Source: the human T2T-CHM13v2.0 reference genome, Homo sapiens. From it: 64,000 bases of DNA. The notes beneath the pieces are model-generated. The model had not been told where the DNA came from, did no database searches, and saw nothing but the letters and a program-made list of their open reading frames with translations. How positions within the stretch are numbered: the first letter of the stretch is position 1; every line of letters starts with the position of its first letter. The position numbers were made by a program, and so were the translations under genes. This document shows positions 55,765 through 64,000 of this stretch, piece after piece. The stretch lies in NCBI RefSeq assembly GCF_009914755.1, contig NC_060939.1; one strand, written 5' to 3'.

Positions 55765-55861
55765 TGGATCGATGATGAGTCCCCCATAAAAACATTCCTT
55801 GGAAAAGCTGAACAAAATGAGTGAGAACTCATACCGTCGTTCTCATCGGAACTGAGGTCCA
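55765..55861 (+). ncRNA. SNORD116-9: C/D snoRNA SNORD116-9
   Basis: Boxes C/D and terminal stem, 97 nt. Confidence 0.97.
55818..55835 (+). promoter_or_regulatory. ZNF274-binding motif
   Basis: Exact TGAGTGAGAACTCATACC. Confidence 0.75.
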
Positions 55862-56771
55862 GCACATTGCCTCCACTTTGGCTTATTGTGGTTCACGGGT
55901 AACTGTCATATTACATGGTACTTCACTACCCAGGCACTGGCATTCAATTTTTGTGGTCGTTTTGACCATAGTAAAATTCTTTATCATAAATGTATTTGAG
56001 AATCATACTTGGGTAGCCCATGAATTTTTTTAGTGTTACTCTTCTTGGTGTCAAGTTGGTTTCACCCTTAATGCTAGGTTTTGGATTTTTGTTGCATGAT
56101 TGATTTTTAGCCAGGTTCTGGTCACCAATCACAGCCTTTCACCAACATTCATGGAGAAAGTTTCCTTGTTTTTTTTATATGTTGAGGAAGTACATATTTC
56201 CTGAATGTTTTTGCTTTTGTTCCAATGTTGGGCTGACTGGCATGTCATCTCTTATCTTATCTTGAACTGAGTAGTGGTACAAGTTTTTGGCTTTCAGCAT
56301 CCAGGGCACCAAGTCTTTTGTACACAAATTGCAAGTATTGAAGCCATGGTGTTGATTGGGATGCTCTACGCCCATACTCTTTAGTGGCATGACGCCCTCC
56401 CAGGGTACCCGGAATCCACATGTGCAACTCTGTATATGTGTTTCTGTGAACACAGATATGTGAAGCCATAGATAAGCAGATTTCATATGTACCACAGGAG
56501 TCTATATGACATAGCCTTCCTGACCTATGTACCTGTCTGTCTTTCTGAAGCACACTCATTTCCTCTGCACCTTCCTGGTGTCATTGGCATGGAAGGAAGG
56601 CCCTTGTCCAAGAAGGATGGTCTTCGTCTTGTGTGATCTTTGAGATGCCATGAGGCCCCTGGATACAAATGGTGTGGGCTCCTTTGGAGGCTTTTGGATT
56701 TCTCCTGAATGTAAGTGATTTCTTCTGAAAGCATTCTGATTTTCCTCACTTGCAGGGACAAAGACTATGTG

Positions 56772-56875
56772 TAGGTTGATGATGACTTACATATATACGT
56801 TTTTTTTTTTTTTTTGGAAAGGTGAACAAAATGAGTGAAAACTCAGTACCATCATCCTCATCTAACTGAGGTCCA
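56772..56875 (+). ncRNA. SNORD116-10: C/D snoRNA SNORD116-10 (divergent, T16 run)
   Basis: ATGATGA and CTGA-GGTCCA present; 104 nt; D' box reads GTGA; weak terminal stem. Confidence 0.9.
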
Positions 56876-58393
56876 GCACGCTTCTCCATCAGGGCCTAGA
56901 TTTAGGGGGCCAACATCTGTTTGTTATCATGGTGTGCACCAAGGCTTAGGATGTAGTTGTCTTTCAGTGAAACTGAGTAGCTGAGTATTTTGTACTCCCC
57001 TGGCTGAGAGATACGTTTGTTGAACGACTTACCTGTGAGAAGGTGGGGTAGCATCCTGCCAGTGTGCAGGAGAAGGTAAACCTGCAGGTGCCACAGGAAG
57101 GCGGTATCCAGTTGCCCACCTCTGCATGGCTGGGTCTGTCCTTGATTCATACCTCTTGGGTTCGTCACCCCCCAGAAGAAGACAATTTATTCCACATGAG
57201 GAGACAGCACGGTGCCATTCCTGAGCACTTCTTCAACTGTCTTTCATCTGTGGCCGGGGACATGGGACTTCTTATGGTGTTTGGGTAGCATCAAGGGCTG
57301 GCCATCTTGAAGCCAGTGGTGATGCTGATTTGCTCTCTGGAAAGGAGCCTGGAGAAGCTCTCTACAGTGAACTTGTACATCTATAAGTAGAATTCCAAAT
57401 TTCATGGCCCAAGAAGGGTAGTGGCTGTGGGAAGGGGAGAGGTCTGTGTGTGCCTTTACCTGGCATCATTCCATGTGGGTCGTGGAGTGATGACTGTGAG
57501 GCTCTTTAAGACATTGCAGGGTGCCCAAGGTCCATTTCGTGATATCCTCAGGATGGTTTGCTTGGGAGAGCCTGATGTCATTTGCCTCTGAACCGCTCAG
57601 ACATCTTGATGCAGTTGGGGTTTATAAGAGTGTGTCATTCCCCACATCGTGGTGACTTCTACTTGGAAATGTGACCTGCGAAGGTCTCCTTGCTTATATA
57701 CCTCAGCGTCTCCTGATATTAGGGTATTTTCAAATTCCTCCTAATTCTTCACAGCAGTCTTCTTTGTGAAATAGTCGTTGTGTGGTAGGACAGGGCTACC
57801 ATCCACAGGCCAATGATGGATAGGTGTTGGACTCTGATGTTATGTTCACAGGCAAGTGCCTTAAGATCTTGTTTTCTTAGCTGCAGCACCTTAGAAATCT
57901 TGTAGGATTCAGAATGCCTGGTGCTCTTCTGGGTCCCTGATCTGTACCTGTGTAGTGCACATGGAGGTTGATTTGTGATGTTTCTGGATGGGAAGAGTGT
58001 GAAGGACCCAAGGGGTAAAAATGCCTCAAGGCCAAAGGAAAGTTAACCTTTGCATAGGAAGAGGTTTCCCCTCCAAACTCTCCTCACTGAAGTATCACCA
58101 TAGCCTTTGTCTTCTCTGATGGCCAGGAGAAGGGTTTTTGAGTTGGAGGTGTTATAAGAGTGGTGTTGAGAGTGTTCTTCATGCTTAGTGCTCTCTAGTT
58201 GATGGTGCCTTCAAAATTCATGCCTGCCTCCTACCTTCATGTTTGGGCAAACCCATGCATGTGTGCAGAAAGAAGGGGAGCCCATGGGAGGTAGATACAG
58301 ATTACTCCACAACAGGACAAATGACATGACCCTTGCCACCTATGCACCTCACTGCCTTTCTCAAGCACACTGTTTTGCTTCTGCACTTCTTAG

Positions 58394-58525
58394 GTGGCGT
58401 TGGTATGGAAGGAAGGCCAGTGACCGCAAGGGATGACTTTGATCTTGGGAGATTTTTGGAGATGGCAAAGTGCTTCTAAACATGTTTGGCATGGTCTCCT
58501 TCAGGCTGGTGGATACCTCAGGATG
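58394..58525 (+). other. Host exon before SNORD116-11 (132 nt)
   Basis: CTGCACTTCTTAG| ... ATG|GTAAGT. Confidence 0.7.
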
Positions 58526-58586
58526 GTAAGTATTGGTTTTCCAAAGGCACCTAATGTTCCATGTTTGCAGGTATGAGGACTGTGCA

Positions 58587-58680
58587 TGGATCAATGATGA
58601 CTTCCATACGTGGGTTCCTTGGAAAGTTGAACAAAATGAGTGAAAACTTTATACTGTCATCCTCTTCAAACTGAGGTCCA
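58587..58680 (+). ncRNA. SNORD116-11: C/D snoRNA SNORD116-11
   Basis: TGGATCA-ATGATGA...CTGA-GGTCCA, 94 nt. Confidence 0.93.
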
Positions 58681-59515
58681 GCACACTGCTTCAACAGGGG
58701 CTAGAGATGGAGGTCTACCTCTCATTCATTGACGTGGGTTGCACCAAGGGGTCTGTCCAGGCTTAGGATGGGGTTCTCTTTTGGCAAGGGGTAGCCCCAG
58801 GGGAGTGGGAGCTCCCATGCACAGGAGATTCCTGGTGTGAAGGACATCTCTTAGTGAGGCCAGGGTAGCACACACACCATCTTCAAGACTAGGTGAATGT
58901 GCAGGTGACACAAAGGACTTAGGCTCTGTGTCCCCCAGTTTGTTCTTGAGTCTTAGTTCTTGGTTCTCTCATCATCGGGAGGAAGGCAGGTCCTTCTCGT
59001 TGGGAAGAGAGGACAAGCCTACACTTTTGCCTCATTTTTGGCTCATTTTTATCCTTGTGTATGTACATAGATTTCTGGTCACCTGCATGCTTCACATCCA
59101 GGCCAGAGTGCCTCTGTTGTACCCTCTGTGTTATGAAGACATACAGTTGGCCTCCTGCCCTAAGCTGGGGCTGATAGGCAACGAGTCTCTGGCTTATCTC
59201 AAACCTGGTGTAGGTCAAAGGCTTCCTCGTTAGGGGTGCAGGACCCCGAGGCTTTTATGATCAACTTTGCAGGTGTGCACGGGTGTTTAAAGGGATGCTC
59301 AACATCAGTTCTCTCTAGTGGGATTATGTACTCCATGGGCTCCCAGGATCCAGACGTGCATCCCTGTGTCTATGCAGTTCTGCGTCCATAAACAGGTGAA
59401 GCCAGAGATGGGCAGATTGCAGATGTACTGCAGGGGGCCAGATGGCATGGCCCTCATAACCTCTGCACATGTCTGCCTTTCTCAAACATGCCCATGTTTC
59501 ATCTGTACCTCCCAG

Positions 59516-59649
59516 GTGGCGTTGGCATGGAAGGAAGGACTGTGTCTGTGAGGGATGATCATCCTCTCATGTGATCCTTGGAGATGCCAGGAAGCCCCTT
59601 GACACATGTGGCATGGGCTCCTTCAGAGGCTTTTGGATCCGTCGTGAAT
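59516..59649 (+). other. Host exon before SNORD116-12 (134 nt)
   Basis: CTGTACCTCCCAG| ... AAT|GTAAGC. Confidence 0.65.
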
Positions 59650-59708
59650 GTAAGCAAGCCCTTCCCAAAGCCCTGATTTTCCTCATTTGCAGAAACAAAG
59701 ATTGTGCC

Positions 59709-59802
59709 TGGATCAATGATGACTTCCATATATACATTCCTTGGAAAGCTGAATAAAATGAATGAAAACTCTATACCATCATCCTCATTGAACTGAGGTC
59801 CC
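59709..59802 (+). ncRNA. SNORD116-12: C/D snoRNA SNORD116-12
   Basis: TGGATCA-ATGATGA...CTGA-GGTCCC, 94 nt. Confidence 0.93.
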
Positions 59803-61520
59803 AGCATGCTGCTACATTGGAGGGCAAGGAGAGGGGGCCAACATCTGTTTGTTGACATGGTCTACACCTTGGCTTAGGATGTGGTCCTCTTTGGGCAAAT
59901 GCAAGCGTCTGGGCTTTTTGGACTTCTGTAGCTGAGAGACAGCTTGGTTGAAGGAATTTCCTCTGAGAAGGTGGGGTAAGCACACTGCCAGCCTGCAGAA
60001 CTTGAAGCTGCAGATGGCACAGGAAGCAGTAGCCAGTAGTCTCTTTGTGCATGACTGTGTGTGTCCTTGATTCATAGCTTTTTGGTTTGTCGCCTCCCCG
60101 CTTGCACAGGAATACCATTGCTTTCCTTTGGGGAGAGAGCATGTCATTCCTGGACACTTGTTCGGCTTACTTTCATTCTCAGTCGAGGATGTGGGAGTTC
60201 CCATGGTACTTGGGTAGCATCAGGGGCAGGCAGCCATGAGGTGGGTGGTGAGCTGATTTGCTTTCTGCAGAGGAGCCCAGGGAGGGTATCCACATTGAAC
60301 TCGTATGTCCATAGGAGGAAACCCAAGTCCTTTGGTCCCTGCAGTGTACTGGTGGTGGGAAGGGGAGAGGGCTGTGCATGCATGTACCAAGCGACATTCC
60401 ATGTGGGTCGTGGAGCAATGACTATGAGCCTCTTTTGGGAGTTGTAGGGTGCCCATGCTCCATTTCATGATGACCTTGGGGTGCTGGGATGGGAATGAGA
60501 TTGCAAGTCCCTGTGTTCCTGCCACTTCGCAGACTGACTTGGTTTGAGAGATCTGTGTTCAGGAACCCCTGTGGGATGCTTGTCTGTGTTAGGCATTTGA
60601 GCAGATATTGGCCCAGGGTTTCTACCCTTCCATGGTTGTACATACTGCTGGAAGGGCTTGTTGCTCCCTCTGTATTGATGAGGGGAAGTTTTGCCCAGGA
60701 GAGCCTGATGCCATTTGCTTCTGAACTGCTCAGGCACTTCAATGCAGTTGAGGTTAAGAGTGTGTCACTTCCCATGTCGTGGTAGCATCTACTCAGAAAA
60801 GTGACCCGTCAAGGTCTCTGCACTTAAATTCTCCATTATCTTATGATGTTAGGTTATTTTCAAATTCCTCCTAATTCTTCACAACAGTCCTCTTTGTGAA
60901 ACAGTCATGAAGTTGTATGAGGGCTGTCATCCACAGGCCAGTGATGGAGAGTTTTGTACTCTGTGGCCATGTTCACAGGCAAGTGGCTTAAGACGTATCG
61001 TGTTCTCAGGGACAGCACCATAGAAGCCCTGTAGGATTCAGCATGTCTGATGCTTTTCTGGTTCCCTGAGCTGCACCTGTGAGGAAGGCCAGAGGTGGAG
61101 GTTGATGTGTGATTGAATGTGTTTCTCAATGCAAAGTGTGTGGAAGGAGCTTCAAGGCCGAAGGAAAGTTGTTCTTTGTGCTGGAACACTTTTTCCCTGC
61201 AGCTCTCCCCATTGAAATATCCTCATGGCTGTTGTCTTCTCTGATGGCCAAGAGAATGGCTTTTGAGTCAGGGGTGGTGAAAGTGTGGTATTGAGAGAAT
61301 TCTTCGCGCTTAGTGTTCTCTAGTTTGATGGTGCCCTTGAAATGCATGCCTGCCTTATACCTTCATGCCTGGGTATATCTGTGCATAAGTCCCCAAAGAG
61401 AGGTCACCCATGGGAGGTAGATATAGAATACAGCATGGCAGGAGGAATGGCATGGCCCTTGCAAACTGTGTACCTGCCTGCCTTTCTCAAGCACACCTGT
61501 TTTTCCTCTGCACTTCCCAG

Positions 61521-61654
61521 GTGGCATGGGCATGCAAAGAAAGACAGAGGCTGCAAGGGATAAACTTCATCTTGGGAGATCCCTGGAGATGGCAGGGAAC
61601 CCATGGACACATGTGGCATGGGCTCCTTTGGGTGCCGGTGGATCCCTTCATACG
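61521..61654 (+). other. Host exon before SNORD116-13 (134 nt)
   Basis: CTGCACTTCCCAG| ... ACG|GTATGT. Confidence 0.7.
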
Positions 61655-61715
61655 GTATGTGTTCATTTCTCAAAAGACCCTAATGTTCTTCCTTTACAGG
61701 AATGAATACTGTGCA

Positions 61716-61809
61716 TGGACCAATGATGACTTCCATACATGCATTCCTTGGAAAGCTGAACAAAATGAGTGGGAACTCTGTACTATCATCTTAGTTGAAC
61801 TGAGGTCCA
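61716..61809 (+). ncRNA. SNORD116-13: C/D snoRNA SNORD116-13
   Basis: TGGACCA-ATGATGA...CTGA-GGTCCA, 94 nt. Confidence 0.93.
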
Positions 61810-62799
61810 CCGGGGGCTATAGAGGGACAACTGTCATTTTTTTTGATGCCCGTTGCATGAAGCATTCTTCCAGGCTTAGGAAGGGATTCCGTTTGGGTGA
61901 AGGAGAGTCACAGGGGAGTTGAGGCTATGTGCACAGGACTTCTGTCTACAAGGCTGGGGTAGCACACATGCAGTCCGTGGGACTAGGTGAATGTGCAGGT
62001 TGCTCAGGGAGAGTTAACCTGTAGCCTGCCTCTGGGTGGCCAAGATTGTCCTTGACTCCTGGCTCTGGGTTCCCACAACCCCTGGAGGAAGACAAGTAAT
62101 TGTGCTTGGGAAGAGAGAACAAGGCCATACTTTTGCCTTTCTTTTTTTCATTCTTAGTTTGAGAACAGTGGAGTTCCAATCACCTGGCATAGCTTTCATG
62201 TTGTGTTCCATGCATTGTGAGTACATGCATATGGCAGGAACACACAGGTTCCCACTGCAAGCTGAGCCTGATAGGCAAGGAGTCTCTAGCTTAACCCCAG
62301 CCCAGTGTACGTCAATGGCTTCCTCATTAAAATTGCATGGCCCTGTAGCTTTTGTGAGTGACATTATAGGTATCGATGTAAGGGTGTTGAGAGGGATGCT
62401 CAATGTCAGTGCTCTTTAGTGTGCTGATGCACTACTACAAGGGCACCTGAGCCCTTGTCCATGCATTTCTGTGTCCAAAATCAGGTAAAGCCAGAGTTGG
62501 GTATCAACCAGATACACTGCAGGGGATCAGAGGACATGGCCTTTGTGTACTGCACATCTGTCAGATTTTCTCAAGCACACCCGTGTTTCCTCTTCACCTC
62601 CCACGTGGAAGTGATGAATTGGCCAGGACCATGTTGGTGAGGGACAATCATCATCTCATGTTAACCTCAGAGAAGCCAGGAAGCTCCTGGACACACATGG
62701 TGTAGGCTTCCTTGGAGGCTGTTGGATCTCTCCTGAATGTAAGCAATTCCTTCCCAGTGCACCCTGATTTTCCTCATTTGCAGAAACAAAGATTGTGTG

Positions 62800-62893
62800 T
62801 GGATCGATGATGACTTCCATATATACATTCCTTGGAAAGCTGAACAAAATGAGTGAAAACTCTATACCGTCATTCTCGTCGAACTGAGGTCCA
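62800..62893 (+). ncRNA. SNORD116-14: C/D snoRNA SNORD116-14
   Basis: Boxes C/D and terminal stem, 94 nt. Confidence 0.95.
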
Positions 62894-63749
62894 GCACATT
62901 ACTCCAACAGGGGCTAGACAGAGAGGGCCAACATTGATTCGTTGACATGGGTGGCACCAAGGGGACCATCCAGGCTTAGGATGGGGTTTCTTTGGGTGAA
63001 TGGTAGACACAGGGGAGTAGGATCTCCCATGCACAGGACATACCTTGTTTGAAGGACTTCTGTGTCCTAGGGCTGGATAACTCATGTGCTGTCTGGAGGA
63101 CTAGGTGAATGGCAGATTGCATGGGAAGAGTTAACTGGTAGCCTGCCTCTGATGGCCAAGTTTGTCCTTGAGTCCAAGCTCTGGGTACCGAAGTCCCCCA
63201 GAGGAAGACAGATCCTTCTGGTTGCGGGGAGAGCAAAAGGCTACACCTTTGCCATTAGTTGGCTCATTTTATCCTTAGCTGAGGATGTTGGAGTTGTGTT
63301 TACCCGGCATAGCCTCTGTGCCTATGTGCCCATGTTGTGTACTGTGCATTGTGAGGATGTATATTTGGCATGAACAGGCAGGCTTCCTCTCCAAACTGGG
63401 GCTGATAGACAGCGAGGCTCTGGGTTATCCCAAACCAGATACAGGTCAATGGCTTCCTCTTTAGGGGTGCAGGGCCTTGATTATTTTGTGACTGGCATTG
63501 CAGGTGTTGAAACAAGGGTATTGAGAAGGATGCTCAACATCAGTGCTCTTTAGCGGGATGATGCATTCTGAGGGCTGCCATCCCCAAGATGAGCATACTT
63601 GTGTCCATAAATTTCTGGGTTCACGAACAAGGGAAGCCAGAGACAGGCATATTCCAGATAAACCACAGGGGGAAGATAGCATGGTCCTCGTGACCTGTGC
63701 ACCCGTCTGCCTTTCTGAAGCATGCTTCTTTATCCTCTGCACTTCGCAG

Positions 63750-63883
63750 GTAGTGTTGGTGTAAAAGGCAAACCCGTGTCATGAGGGATGGTCATCATCT
63801 TGTGTGATCCTTGGAGATGGCAGGAAGCCCTGGACATACATGGTGTGGGGGCTCCTCCAGAGGCTGTTGGGATCCTCCTGGAT
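63750..63883 (+). other. Host exon before SNORD116-15 (134 nt)
   Basis: CTGCACTTCGCAG| ... GAT|GTAAGT. Confidence 0.7.
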
Positions 63884-63944
63884 GTAAGTGATTCCATTTC
63901 AAAGCACCCTGAGTTTCCTCATTTGCAGGGATGGAGATTGTGTG

Positions 63945-64000
63945 TGGATCGATGATGACTTCCATATATACATTCCTTGGAAAGCTGAACAAAATGAGTG
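63945..64000 (+). ncRNA. SNORD116-15: C/D snoRNA SNORD116-15 (5' part, truncated by window end)
   Basis: TGGATCGATGATGACTTCCATATATACATTCCTTGGAAAGCTGAACAAAATGAGTG. Confidence 0.92.

Larger units (their letters stand above)
32725..55874 (+). repeat. SNORD116 group I tandem array, ~2.65-2.8 kb units
   Basis: snoRNA starts spaced 2733, 2650, 2678, 2795, 2693, 2762, 2644 and 2675 nt; spacers homologous, each with a CA-rich tract and one exon. Confidence 0.97.
61716..62893 (+). ncRNA. sno-lncRNA2 (ends formed by SNORD116-13 and -14)
   Basis: Recalled from the literature; supported here by loss of the intervening acceptor (CAG>CAC at 62602-62604). Confidence 0.7.
56240..64000 (+). repeat. SNORD116 group II tandem array (start), ~1.1 kb and ~1.8-2.0 kb units
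   Basis: snoRNA starts spaced 1815, 1122, 2007, 1084 and 1145 nt; spacers homologous to each other and distinct from group I. Confidence 0.93.

Noticed and set aside
32722-64000. High density of 60-177 aa ORFs in all six frames
   Set aside because: Expected from higher GC content and repetition; frames are broken by indels between units
34135-64000. Near-identical repeats with spacers, superficially CRISPR-like
   Set aside because: Human DNA; repeats are 94-104 nt C/D snoRNAs, spacers are kb-long and homologous to one another, and there are no cas genes

Overview
Human genomic DNA, + strand, from the imprinted Prader-Willi locus (15q11-q13), inside the non-coding SNURF-SNRPN/SNHG14 host transcript. 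Locus and copy names come from recognising the snoRNA sequences and their order; no search was run. Positions 1-32.7 kb are AT-rich and repeat-rich (Alu, L1, MER, one MLT2A solo LTR). They contain several candidate non-coding exons, a good poly(A) signal near 19.1 kb and the orphan C/D snoRNA SNORD109A (24635-24701). From about 32.7 kb the window is the SNORD116 (HBII-85) tandem array: nine group I copies in ~2.7 kb units, then group II copies 10-14 and the start of 15 in ~1.0-2.0 kb units. Each unit has a ~132-141 nt host exon upstream of the intronic snoRNA. No protein-coding gene is supported. The locus itself is well known. The less obvious structure read from the sequence is: (i) a conserved branch point/pyrimidine tract/CAG acceptor exactly 16 nt before every group II snoRNA and only 43-45 nt after a donor; (ii) point-mutated host-exon acceptors that would explain the known 116-13/14 sno-lncRNA and predict a 116-9/10 one; (iii) a GNRA hairpin overlapping the ZNF274 motif; (iv) dimeric higher-order repeat structure; (v) a templated insertion with a micro-inversion; (vi) a sense MLT2A LTR upstream of the array.
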